A stretch of DNA of 64,000 bases from NCBI GenBank assembly GCA_965287045.1, contig OZ336881.1:52514001-52578000 (forward strand), in the 5' to 3' direction. The DNA comes from Carcharhinus amblyrhynchos. Taxonomy: Eukaryota. The position numbers and the translations under genes are program-made. Positions within the stretch are counted from its first letter, which is position 1. Every line of letters starts with the position of its first letter. Below, piece by piece: positions 1-12,456 of this stretch. The notes under the pieces were generated by a model that saw only the letters and a program-made list of their open reading frames with translations, was not told where the DNA came from and did not search any database.

Positions 1-430
1 CTTAGAGGCATAAAGGCAGCAAGTGCATGTGAACATCACCAACAATGAGCTCTCCTCTGAGTCACACACCAACCTGCCCAGACAATACATTACATTATTT
101 TATCATAACTGGGTCAAAATTTTGAACTCCCAATTAGTATCTTGTATTTTTTTGTTTAAGTGCTTGGCCCCTTTAAATATTTTGTCATTTCTGCATATGT
201 GTGGTGACTTAAAGGGGCTGACTCATGCGCAACATGCACAGGAATTTATTTTTGTTGCTGCACGGCAGTGCAGCTACACAGTTCCCAGGGAAATGTTTTT
301 CCCCATAGCACCGCGAGTACTTTCACCAAATGGACTGCCGCAATTTATGAATGCGGCTCACCACCTTTCCAAGGGCAGTTACGGATCAACAATAAAGTGC
401 TAGCCTAGCCAATGACGATGCATGAATAAT
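1..430 (+). mobile_element. Decayed 3' end of a CR1-group LINE (GGGCAATAAATGCTGGCC-tail family), interrupted
   Basis: tggactgc...gctcaccacc...caagggcagtta...aataaagtgctagcc resembles the better preserved copy at 26070-26580. Confidence 0.55.
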
Positions 431-483
431 AAGATTAACATACTTTGATAATGGAATTACATTTGTAACATGTTCTAATATAG

Positions 484-925
484 AGAAACGATTCTTGAAT
501 CGAGAGATTTTTGGAAGATTATGGCAAAAAAACTGCAAAACCTTCGCTTGCTTTCTTTAAAACCTTGGGGTAGAAGCTTTAAGATACTGGGGATTTATCA
601 GTCTTTGGTGCATTTTTTTCTAATATTATTCTCCTGTTTATGTTAATTTTAGTGAGCTCCAATCCTCAATACATTATTAGTTTCTTTGGAAAGTCAGGTA
701 TATTATCCTTTGCTTTCACTGTGAAGACTGACAAAGTAATTATTCAACATGCTTGCAATATTAGCTGAACTGTTTCTAAAGAACCCACTTTACCCTTTTC
801 TTCCAACATAATCATAAAAACTTTTGTGTTAATCTTGATATCCCTTGCAAATTTCTTTTCATATTCCTTCTTTTAGCTATTACTCTCTCTTTTGTCTTCC
901 TTTGCAGTTCTTTATAATTCTCCCA
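484..925 (-). mobile_element. Old CR1 LINE ORF2 fragment
   Basis: Similar to the minus-strand CR1 at 36100-37780 (tttttggaagatt, ttcactgtgaagactga = LNxYFxSVFTVE region). Confidence 0.6.
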
Positions 926-929
926 GCAA

Positions 930-1480
930 TCTTCGGTACAGCTCTCCTCAGGCCTACACACCTTACAGCTCCATTAATTCCTCTCTCTTCAGGCACCTCC
1001 TCACATCTTCATATGCACAGCAAATACCTACACTTTTTGCCATCCCATGCCTCACAATCGTCCTCCATTAATATTTTCCTTCTCTCCTTGCCGTGCAATC
1101 CAGTTCTCACACTCATCATTCTCTGTTTTCTCTCTTTACTGGAGAAGCATGTATCTTTAAGGAAAGGCAGAGTATCAGGGCAGTGCTGGGGCTGGCAGCC
1201 ACTAGCAGTGCATGTAATCTCATCCAATAGGAGGGAGGTTTTTTCACGATGAGGCTGAAGATGTCAGCAGGCTTTTGTGTGAAAACCTGAGCCTCACGGG
1301 GCACTGGTGTTCACACATGATGAGGCAGCTGATGTTCTGCCTGTAGACCCTCCATTGGGAGTTTCACCTCCTTCGAGCTGGATCCATGTGTCCATCCCCT
1401 CTGCACTGTGGAATGACATATGGCTGGGGAGAAAGCAGCTGGTGCCGCTGCAGGTGTTGCTCTTACTGCTCCTCATATTA
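930..1480 (-). pseudogene. PIF/Harbinger transposase (HARBI1-like) N-terminal remnant
   Basis: Minus strand reads RVYRQNISCLIMCEHQCPVRLRFSHK...ADIFSLI...HALLVA, typical of Harbinger transposase N-termini; frameshifted and deleted. Confidence 0.6.
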
Positions 1481-2817
1481 ATCCCGTTGTTCCTTCTTAT
1501 CGGAGGTCCAAGGTAGAGCTGCATAAGTAGCTCCCGTGCTTCAGTGAAGGCTGACAACAGGGAAGTGCTGAAATTCAAGAACCGACTTCCAAGAAATAAA
1601 GAATCACCTGTTACGCAGTGAGAGCAGATATTCAGAACAAGTGCTGTATCAGCCTCCCACCTAGACATGCCTGGAGCTCCTTAGTTTCACTGTTCAGAGG
1701 CTTCTCCACCTGAGAAACACTCTTCACTGTGCTCTCACCTGGTTGACCCTGACGAGTTGCAGACTGCTCGAGAAATACGTGTGCTGACTGCTAAAGGGAG
1801 AATGCTTTGATAAAACTTCAGTTAATTACTTTTTTTACGTATCACAATTACTTACCAGATAGCACCGCTTGTCTGTAAATCTAGAATCTGGATGGCATCA
1901 GGATCCCAATTCACTTCAGGGGGGTTTAACATCCTGTACACAACTGAACCTGCATTCCGTTGGCACTTCATTTTGCCACACAAACACAGTACTCTTATTT
2001 AATTAGACAGGAATCCAAAATTCAAAGTGGCTTGATTCGGCAAACATTGGCAAATGAGAACAAAACATGCAAAACAAAGTCCTTTAATGGTTTACAAACT
2101 TAGTTATATTATCCTGGCCACCTTACAGAATTTGCCTGAGTCCTATATTTAATCACATCTCAATATGATTGTCAGAATATGAATTTGTGCCAACATCAGT
2201 TACTGGCCAGAACAATGGAAGTAAAAATCATAAGCAGCCATGTTGACTATATCCCAGTACCAGTTTTTGGCCTGAACAATGGAACAATTCAAGCAGTATC
2301 ACTTAAACATTTGACATTGTCCAGGTCATCCTGTTCCCAGGATGCTTCATAGTACCATCAAGACAGCCATTATGTCAATCTTGAGGTTGAGCAAGGAGGA
2401 ACTCACTTCACTATGCATTTATGGGTATCAGGTGATACAAAGTCACAAAGAAAGGGTACACAAAATATCAAGGAACAGGTCAGAAATCACAGTGAAGCCA
2501 GAGGGACAACATCTACAGAGACCAAATTTCATTACCTCAGGTTTGCAAGAAATCACGTTGTAGGAATCTATCATACAATCATAATAGTTCACATATTATT
2601 GGTGTCTAATTAATTAACATGCTTTTGGACAACACAAAAGGAATCATGAGGAATTATTTAACTCTGCTTAAAACAATTCCTACCATATATGAATATTTTC
2701 CAGATAAAGCTCGCACAATAGTAGATTATCATTTCTATGCAAAATCTTGCAAGATTGTTAAAAATCCCTCACCATATTTACAAACATGTTTAATTTTAAT
2801 AAAACATGGATACTTAC

Positions 2818-2989
2818 AGAAAGTCTTATGAAGTATCTCGTCCCAGGTTCAAGTTGTCTCAGAGTGAAATCCACAAACAGCTTGGAGCTATTATACACCA
2901 CATCGCTGTTGTTCAAATTGTCTTCGCTGGTCGAAACATGTAGCAAGTAGTGTTCTAGGTGCCCATTAATTTTTGGAGGCTCTCGACAT
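2818..2989 (-). CDS. USH2A: Usherin exon (human exon 34 equivalent), 172 bp
   Basis: aaatttag|ATGTCGAG...AGACTTTCT|gtaagt; encodes (Q)CREPPKINGHLEHYLLHVSTSEDNLNNSDVVYNSSKLFVDFTLRQLEPGTRYFIRLS; phase 2-0 fits the previous exon. Confidence 0.94.
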
Positions 2990-3196
2990 CTAAATTTGTC
3001 AGAAAAATATAATTTACTGAGGCTCTAAATAGATGTGTAAACAATTAATTTATGGTTGGTCTGACGTCATTAGCTTATGCATAGAATTCTAAAGAGTTTA
3101 GTCAACTTATTTATATTCAATTATTGAATATTTTAGGAAACTTTATGATCAATTTTCACCTTGCTACCAACTCATCCTTAAATGTAAATGGGTCAT

Positions 3197-4416
3197 TGTT
3201 ATGATCCCTGCTGATGTCACTACTGGACAGTCAGGTCTAAGAATGTAACCCTGGCTCAATAGCCTTTTTTCTTAATTAGAGATGTGAATGAACAGAGTCA
3301 CAGGACTCTGTCTCAGGATTACCAATTAACTTTTAAAAAGAGATCGTTAACATGAACATGAGCATGAAAAGATTGACTCTGATACAATCCACCCCACTTA
3401 TACCTTCATGGATGTACACAGATTTATAAGGATAACACAAGTTACAAGATACATCTTCCGCTACAATGTTCTTGGTAAGTACACAGTCCATGTGAACTAA
3501 TAGGCCAACTGTGGTCAGACACACCACGGTCTGAAACAAAGTGACAAACGTATACAAAACAACTTCTGTGGATTTCTTATCAAATCCCTCCAGGTGCTTG
3601 TTATATTGTGAGCCAAGCGACCTCATTGGAACTCTGGCTTCCGAACACCACTCTCGAAAACACGATTGAGGATCTTTTCCCAGTTTTCTTTTAGATGCCA
3701 TCACGAGGGATCCACTTCAGGTTTACAATCCTTCCTTTCAGTTTTCCTCTACCTTGCGTTTCCACTTGCATTCAAGCTTCCACACTTGTCTCTCAATTAC
3801 ACAGCCATGACAACAGAACATTACTGTTTCACAGGATTTGTTAATATGTTACCATACTTTTGATTTACTTCAGGTATCTGGCTTCTTACTTTAAATTTGA
3901 TTCTTGCAGTTGTCTCTTTGACTCAAAGCGTTTTCCCTGCTTTTTATTTTGATTTCATCCAAGAACTTGTTCAACTTCTTGTTCTTTGTCCCTTCAGTTT
4001 AATTGTCTTCCTCTGACATACTTTGTATCCCAACTTCCTGGTTTCTGAACTTTCTTGTGTTCTTTTGAAAAGGCTGCATTTTATAGTTCCTGCCCAGCTC
4101 CTTCTAGGTCCAGCTTAAAACTAAACTCAAAAGTTTGTTCTAACCTAGGGTGGACCCTGGTTGCTAATCAACAACCTAGTCTTTCATTAAACCCTGAATG
4201 TTTTCATATTGTAAATGCTTTAATTACCATACCAGCACAGTTTGAAATTATACCAAAACTCACAGATGTGCAGGCACCTTTGTTCAACATAAACTAACCG
4301 AAGTTTTAACCCTCTCCTATACAGAAACAGAAATCGGACTTGCTTAAAGTTATACCTCATTGCTAATACCCACAAATACAAATGTAGATTATTTAAATCT
4401 ATCTTTGCTCCTGACA
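3197..4416 (-). mobile_element. Probable solo LTR (about 1.2 kb)
   Basis: TG...CA ends with imperfect terminal inverted repeat (tgttatga / tcctgaca); flanks gtcat and gccgt could be a decayed 5-bp TSD; noncoding. Strand is tentative. Confidence 0.5.
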
Positions 4417-6039
4417 GCCGTAAAGGGTTAAAAATTAAATATTTAAAATCACAGCGTGTTCATTAGAGTGTCGCTGGTTCTGATTTTCAGATGGACATTG
4501 ATTTAAAGGCCAGCATATTCACTAACAACAGTCAAAGGGCTCATTAATACGTTTAATTAAAGGTCAGATGAACATTTGGACCCCAATATCATTTCAGATC
4601 AAGAAGAAACAAAGGCTGCCATGGCTGATTTTACAAATCTTCCACAAACCATGAAAACTGGAAGGCAGCTATTTTTCATTCAGAGCAAATGCCGATCACT
4701 AATATTGTAATGGACAGGAACACTTTCCATACTTGTGTTAATTCTGGAAGAGATTTTACATTCTAAAAATGACAGAAGATGGTGGAAACAAATGCCATGA
4801 AGTCACTTACTGAGAAGTATCATGGAATTTGATACAAGTCCAAACACCATGAGTTAGGAATAGCTACAAGAAAGATAAATGGGCTCACTTATATCGCCAC
4901 TCACTCATCATCACTGGATCAAAATCCTGGAACACCTGTTTAACAACACTTTACATCAAGAACTACAGCAGTTGAAGAAGGGGGCTCATCAGCACCTTCT
5001 CAAAGACAACTAAGATGCGCTCACATTCTGTGAATCAATACATTACAAACAACACATCAAGATAGGCCACCCTATTTTAAAAGTCAAATTGATGCTGTTA
5101 AAATGTCATAAAAAAACCCAAGATGTCTGGAAAAAAAAAATCTAAACAAGCTTGCTGATGAATTTCTATAACCAGTAAGTTAACTTCTGTTTTATTTGGT
5201 TGCTAAGAGGAATAAGAGAATTAGGACAATGTAGAACTAGCCTTCTGAAGCACATCTAAATTTCCAAAGCACAAACTACATTTTTCAGATCCCAATGGTA
5301 AAGAAACGAACAGAGCATTACTACCACGATGTTTGCCAATTTCCTGCCGGGCCGAACATCCAACATGTTTTAGCAGCAAAGAATCAAGCCATGTTTCTGA
5401 CCAAACTTAGATGGGGAATTAGCTAGTCTGTGGGTGCACTTATTGCCAAGTGACCACATGTCTGTTGTAAAAATGTATTTAAAATTTGTAAAAAAAAGTG
5501 AAAGTTTGAAAAAGATAAAGGAAGGAGGAAGTAGTCAAACACTGCACAACCTAGCCTTGAAATTCCATCTGGCCTTGCATAGGTACTGTGTTCCAAAGGT
5601 TACAGCTTCCACCCTTTGATTCCATCCAGCACTGGCTTTGCTATGAGTGGAAGAATCAGTTTTTTTTACATTCATTGGTAGTGCAGTATTGTAACTCCCA
5701 CAGAACACAGAAGTAGTGCATTAGGGAAGCTTGTAAATTTGGGATGCAGCTCTTAAAAATCCATAGAATGATTGAAGATTGCAGTGGTAGAGTGGGGGGG
5801 CAGCAGGTCCATTGCAAAGTGCTTGTCTCAGTTTGTTGACTGTCAGGTAGCTGTAATGGATGGCTCGTGTGCAATTCTCTGTCACTTTTAAAGCATGTCA
5901 TCTTCAACTCAAGTCACGCAATGAAGGGTATAAGATATTAAAATAATAGAGAGAAAAAGCCCACAATTTCAATGAAACTGGCCTTCAGTGGTTCCTGGAT
6001 GAAAATTGACAAAGGAGGAAAAAAGTGATAGATAATCTT

Positions 6040-6325
6040 TTTTTGGATTTGGTTTGATTTATTATTTTCACATGTATTAGCATACAGTGAAAAGTATTGT
6101 TTCTCACGTGTTATACAGACAAAACATACTGTTCATAAAGAATGAAACAACCAAGTGCAGAATGTAGTGTTATTGACATAGCTAGCGTGTAGACAAAAAT
6201 CAACTTAATGCAAGGTAGGTCCATTGAAGAGTCTGATGGCAGCAGGGAAGAAGCTGTTCTTGAGTCGGTTGGTACATGGGCTCAGACTTCTGTATTGGTT
6301 TCCCGATGGAAGAAGGTGGAAGATT
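6040..6325 (-). mobile_element. Rex1/Babar-type LINE 3' end
   Basis: Minus strand resembles LLPSGRRYRSLRTRTNRLKNSFFPAAIRLLN followed by a 3' UTR ending aataaatcaaaccaaatccaaa. Confidence 0.7.
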
Positions 6326-8014
6326 AAGTTATCATAATTAATTGGAATTAATTAACAATAAACAGCAAATATCATGGGAATAATGACCATAATACGATTT
6401 CATTTGATATTGGTGTCCGAATTTTTGCTCCTGAGATTAGTAATGAGAGTCAGGAAGTTCCCAGCGTATGTGCCCATTTTTGGAGAAACTCTCTCACCTG
6501 GTGGGTCCTTCTTTCTGGGGATTGAAAAGTGTGGGATAGAGTCAGGCTCACTGTCCCCAGACACTTTGAGAGTTTTCACCAGTTTCTTTTAGTTTTAGGC
6601 CCTCTAGCCCTTGCCCCTCACACTTCACCCCCACCCACTCCACATGCCACCTCCACGCCTCAATGTTACATTCATGCCAATTCATACCAAAACATGCACC
6701 TACCCATTCCCTGGCCTCTGACACTCCTATTCCAACTTAGTATGAACTTATGAAAAACAAAGTCAACTTAATACTATTTATGTCGACCAATGTCACCCAC
6801 CTATACCACCCACCAACCTTGGCCCATATGCCCTGCATGCAAACTCACCAGTCGCCCATGGGCAGACCTCAGGAATCATGCTGACATATAAGGAAACAAA
6901 GGTCTAAATATCTATTACAAACTTCACTATATCAAAAAAAAATCCTATTCATGAAACTTTTAAATCCCTTGAAGTATGTAAGCCCAGAAAAAAACAAATA
7001 TACTTCTAATCATAACCCAGATCAAACTCAGTTAATCTTTCAATAACCTTGTTGAACTGTCAATCAGATAGCAGACTTAGCAATCTCCTGCTAAGATGAT
7101 TATAGTTTATGGAAAGCTGCCAAGTATTCATAATGACATTCTGGCAGTACTTGGGGCTATGTCAACAAGCAACTGTTGTAACTGTTAGAACATAGTTTTT
7201 CAACTCTTACTGATATAGACAGGCTGTTTATTTGTATTTATTAAGATCTGGGGATTTAAATAACTCCGCACAATTGCAGTTCTACAGACATAATTCCCCC
7301 TTCAAGAACATTTATGTCTACTCAAAAAAAATGATGACTCTGGGACAACAAGTCAAGGCGCTTGCTACAGTGAAAGTGGGGTCTGTTGAAACTGGGCACT
7401 CATGGTGTTCATATCCTCATGCCATTCTATGCCACTCCACCCATACCATGAGCTCTTATATTCTTGATGCCAGCCAATGCTACCACACATCTCTGTGACC
7501 CTTTATTGCTTCTATGCCAATTTAATGACAACATATGCCAATTCGTAACTCACACCCCACAACCCTTTTCCCTTAGCCCCTCCATGACACATTACATAGT
7601 ATCCACCTCAGAAGACATACTGATAGAAAATAAAGTTGTGTCTATTGCTGGTGTCACCATTTAAAAAAAACACTCTAATTGATTAAGAACAAAACAAAAT
7701 CAATGGAGTGAAATTCCTTCAACTGGTTGCTTATGAAAACAAACATTTCTATTATATAACCATTTGAGGCTGTCAGTCAATAGTTTACTTCACAAGCACC
7801 TCACTGTGATAATGGTAGGGTGTAAAATCAGTCATGCAGCACAAATCCAAAATGATAATCCTCAGGCTTTAGTCAACAGACAAATTGTATTGGCAAGAAC
7901 TGATATTTTAAAAATCTCCACACATTCAGCAAAATTAAATTCCTTGACAGTTCCAATTATTTTTGGCAGTTCTTTGCCAACTCAGCAGTTGTTAGACAGC
8001 TGTCTATTGGCATG

Positions 8015-9480
8015 TTAATAGCAAGTGGGTAATAAGAGGTGGGTGGGACCTCTTAGGGACAAAGAAGGTGATATATGCTTAAGAATGTAGGGCAAGGTTA
8101 GAATGCTTAATGAGTACTTTGAATCAATATTTACTGAGGAAGAGAATGCTAGCAAAACATCAGACATGGCAGAGAAGGTAAAGGTAATGGGGAGTGATAG
8201 ACTGAATGTATTGCAAGGGCTACCTAGAGTTAGTGTGGTTAAGTCAGCTGGCCCTGCTGGCTTACATCCCAAGTTGTTCAGGACAGTGAAGATGGAGGTT
8301 CAATAGGCAGAAGAAGGGCTTGCCATTGTCTTCCAAACCCCTCAAGATATGTCAAAGGTGCCAGAGGACAGGAAAATAGCAAATCATAGAATCATAAAAG
8401 CATAGGAACTGTACAATGCATAAGGAGGCCATTTGGCACATCAAGTCTGCACTAACAACAATCCCACCCAGGCCCTGTCCCTGTCACCCCACATATTTAT
8501 CCATTAATCCCTCTCATCTATTCACCCCAGGACACTAAGGGGCAATTTAGCATGGTCAATCACCCTAACCCATACATCTTTGGAGTGTGGGAGGAAACCA
8601 GAGCACCCAGAGGAAACCGACACAGGCATGGGGAGAATGTGCAAGCTCCACACAGGCAAGTAGCAGTGTTCACCACTATGCCATAAAAAGCAAATGTGAT
8701 ACCCTTGCTCAAGAAAGTGTGCAAAGACTTTCCTAGTAACAACAGACTGGTCAGTTTAATTTGAGTGGTGGACAAGGATTTGGAAACAACAGTGAGGAGA
8801 AAAGAAGTGAACAGGCACTTGGAGAACTTGAGTGATTTAAAGAGAGCCAACACAGCTTTTAAAAAGGCAAACTGTCTTTGACAAATTAAAATTTTTGATA
8901 AGATAGCAGAGAAAGTTGATGAATGGATTGCATTGGAGGTTGTCGTTATGGATCTTAGGCAAATGTTTGACAAAGCATCAGATAAAAGGCTGATGAAGAA
9001 CATTGAGGTTCATGGCCCAGTGTCAGTTTGAATAAGAATTGGCTTAAATAACTGCAAGTCTTGTTTTTTAGACAGGAAGATACGGACATATTTACAAATT
9101 ATTTGGATACCGGCATGCAGGGCAAAATTTCAAAATTTGCTGATGACAACAAGCATGCAAGTCTGGCAAATAGCGAAGGTGATACCAATTGACTGACCAG
9201 GAATTTACTGCTTATGAGGCGTGTGGAAGCAGAGGTAAAGAATGATTTAGAAGGGAAACTGACAAAAATAAATTGCAGGGTTGTGAAGAAAAATGGTACT
9301 GGCTAGATTGCTCTACAGTGGGCCAACATGGACTGCATCCTTCCATGCTGTACACGTTCAATAGGTTGGATTTTGGAAGAGCAGTGGCCACTGGCATTTT
9401 GTGAAAGGGGTCTCATCTGCAATAATAGTCCTACAGCTATGTTCTTCTTAATTTTACCCTTTAAAAAATCTTCAGATGCT
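8015..9480 (+). mobile_element. Old CR1 (HER1-like) LINE ORF2 fragment, interrupted by a SINE
   Basis: VGPLRDKEG...MLNEYFESIFTEEE...KSAGPAGLHPK...ANVIPLLKK...SKFADD motifs with stops and frameshifts; probably resumes near 10335-10445. Confidence 0.85.
8385..8685 (-). mobile_element. HE1-type V-SINE
   Basis: V-domain (gtgggaggaaaccagagcaccc...ctccacaca) and CR1-like (attctatg)n tail. Confidence 0.85.
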
Positions 9481-9723
9481 TTTATCTTGAGGGACACTCT
9501 GCTTCTCCTATTTACCTCAGCAGCTTCCACCTTTGAAGGTGGGGCTGCCAATCGTCCAATGCCATTGGCCGTCCATCCTTGGGGGCACGCCTACCGTTCT
9601 TAATTGGATCAGGCCCCTGGAAGCAGCCATTCAATTGGCCACCTCCTCAAAACTCACTTCCAGGGTCCCACTGTCAGCAGGTTCAGGTTCACAGCTCTGA
9701 ATTCAGCCCATGTGGAGATTGGG

Positions 9724-10304
9724 ACATAAGAACATAAGAACATAAGAAATAGGAGCAGGAGTAGGCCAACTAGCCCTTCGAGCCTGCCCCGCCATTCAAT
9801 AAGATCATGGCTGATCTGTCGTGGCTCAGTTCCACTTTCCCGCCCTCTCCCCATAACCCTTAATCCCCTCTCATCAAAAACCCATCAACCCGCATCTTAA
9901 AAATATTTAGCGAGGCAGCCTCCACCACATCAACGGGCAGAGAATTCCAGAGATTCACCACCCTTTGAGTGAAGAAGTTCCTCCTCAACTCCGTTCTAAA
10001 CCGCCCCCCCTTTATCTTGAGGCTGTGCCCCCTAGTCCTACTGTCCTTTCTGAGCGGGAAGAGTCTCTCCACCTCTATCCTATCCATCCCATTCATCATC
10101 TTATACGTCTCAATGAGATCCCCCCTCATTCTTCTAAACTCTAACGAGTACAAGCCTAATTTATTCAGCCTCTCCTCATAGCTCAACCCCCTCAACTCCG
10201 GTATCAGCCTAGTAAACCTCCTCTGCACTCCCTCCAAGGCCAAAATATCCTTACGTAAGTACGGCGCCCAAAACTGCACACAGTACTCCAGCTGCGGCCT
10301 CACC
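9724..10304 (-). mobile_element. Young 5'-truncated CR1 LINE with open ORF2 C-terminus and (TTCTTATG)n tail
   Basis: 147-aa uninterrupted VRPQLEYCVQFWAPYLRKDILALEGVQRRFTR...RTRGHSLK...RVVNLWNSLP; many CpGs retained; tail acataagaacataagaacataag. Confidence 0.95.
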
Positions 10305-11291
10305 TTACCCCATTACCCTGTGACACTATGTGTTACTAACAAACCCAATAAAGGATTCAGAAGAAACATACTTGTTCAGAAAGTTGTGTGAATGTGTAAG
10401 TCGGTACCACATAAAGTAGCTGAGAAACCTGCATCCATGTTAAAGAATTGGGGCTGAAACATACAACAGCCTGTGCACAATAGAGCCTTGGGTGCATAAA
10501 AACCTTTCCTGAAAAATAGCCCGATGTAAATGTAAGGCCTGTCTGCCTAATTCACCAACCTGGTGCCATTATTTACAGCAATATATAGATTTGTTATTCA
10601 ATTAATAAAAATATGAACAATTCTGTTGCCTTAAAATCTCACATAATTTACGGGGTGTACTATACAATCCTATTAAATCCTATTATCTGTTGTAAAAATC
10701 CTAAATAATTTATAGCTTCTGCTATAGAATTCCATTAAATCCTATAATCCATAATAAAAATCCTATATGGTTTTCAGATAGCTTTTTATTAGCCTACAGA
10801 TTTATGGCAAGTATATCACTGGGATATATTTGGACAAGCTTAGTGATCGACTCCTTTGACTTTACAATTTCAAATGTTAGTTAACTGCAGGCTTTAGCCA
10901 TCCTGTGTCATCGTAAAACAAAAATTCTGCAGGAAATAAATAGATTTTTATTTAAATCCTGAAACAGACGTATTTCTTTCCCTTAAAATACGATGTTACT
11001 TAATAATTTCAGGGGAGGTGGAAGAGTGTTCCTTCTTAAATTTCAAAGATATCATAAACATCCCTTCAAAATATAGGTAGCTAACTTGGCTGCTTAACCC
11101 CAGTACTGATATTAAGTTGGCTTTTGAACAGCAAATGTTAATCAACAGTTCACTCTATTGTTAAACTAATCACTTTGATGCATTTAATCATGTAAAATTA
11201 AATTTTCTGTCACAAACTCCATCCTGATTGAATCCTCCAGAGAATTTTACATAACGCAGTAAATAAATGCCCTGCAGCAAAGGCTACTTAC

Positions 11292-11451
11292 TGTATATAT
11301 ACGCTTCTCGAGTCTAGAACAGTCAGGACCGGTGCATCAACGTAAGAAGGTGGCAGTTGTGCTGTGAACAAGGTGATCTGGGAACTGTTTGTACAGCCAA
11401 TGATTGTGCATGCTTCAAGCACAAACTGATACGCGGAGTAGGCTGCTAAAC
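11292..11451 (-). CDS. USH2A: Usherin exon (human exon 33 equivalent), 160 bp
   Basis: ttcatacag|GTTTAGCA...TATATACA|gtaagt; encodes (G)LAAYSAYQFVLEACTIIGCTNSSQITLFTAQLPPSYVDAPVLTVLDSRSVYI(Q); phase 1-2; not in the ORF track. Confidence 0.96.
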
Positions 11452-11619
11452 CTGTATGAAGAGATTATCCATTAGTAAATTACCACTTGCAGTTGAGCAC
11501 ACTAAAACAATTGCAGATGGCTTTCAATACTACCAGATTGCAATGAGGTTTCATTCCTCATTCTGATGTTCTTTATGTCAAACATATTATGGCCTATTCT
11601 TCCGAGGAGCGGCAGCCAT

Positions 11620-11785
11620 CATAGGAACATAGGAATTCGGAGCAGAATTAGGTAATTCAACCCTTCAAACCTGCTCCACATGCGATCAGATCATGGCTGA
11701 TCTCTTTCTTGTCTCAAATCCACCACCCTCCCTGCTTCCCATGTCCCTTTAACCCATTTTTTATCAGAAATATGTCTGTCTCCAA
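11620..11785 (-). mobile_element. CR1 3' UTR fragment
   Basis: ataggaacataggaatt tail and agatcatggctgatct motif shared with 9724-9860. Confidence 0.75.
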
Positions 11786-12456
11786 TCGTCATTGAATTGT
11801 CACTCCAATCCTACGTTATTGGACTAATATGGAGCCCCGCAGTTATGGACGGAACTTCCAAACTGAGACTCTTCAGAAATGCCTGTTCTCTCAGTACTTC
11901 CCCATAGTGCAGGATTACTGGGGGAAGCCAACCCACGTTACCTTTTAGTAGCACTACTTGCCGTAATTTTGTAAATCTGTGTTCACTAACACAGTGAAAA
12001 GCTTTATTAAATAGCTTTTCATTGTGTTAGTGAATGAGTCTGAGTAAGGTAAGTGGGCGGGGATAGTAGGGTGGCAGAGTGGGTTGGGTACCAGCTAGGG
12101 AGGGTGGCAGCATGGCAGGGTGAGTAGCCTGGCAGGATATGTAGGCAGTACATGGCAGGATGGGTAGCATTTTACGTGAGAGTACCAGCTGGGTAGATTG
12201 GGAGGGTGACTAGTGGCAAGGTCAGTTGGATGGCAGGATAGGGCATTGGTGGCATGGTGATAGAGTGAGTAGGATACCTGCTGGGTAGGGTGATAGGTGG
12301 GTGGTCAGGTCATATCAGATAACGAGGATGGGGAGGTGGGGGATGTCTGATGGTTGGGGAGGGAATCAGGGTCATGGGGAGCCACAGGGCCACATGGTTG
12401 GATGGTCAGGGGGCTACTGATGATGGAGTGTGATGTGGCAGGTCTGACAGAGTTAT

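Noticed and set aside
1-2817. Next usherin exon (ACTGGGCT... peptide, human exon 35)
   Set aside because: No matching frame found; it probably lies beyond the left window edge. Exon 27 was likewise not found in 63013-64000.
9724-9750. Short direct repeats suggestive of an array
   Set aside because: This is the 8-bp CR1 tail microsatellite; no spacers, and no CRISPR is expected in this eukaryotic context.
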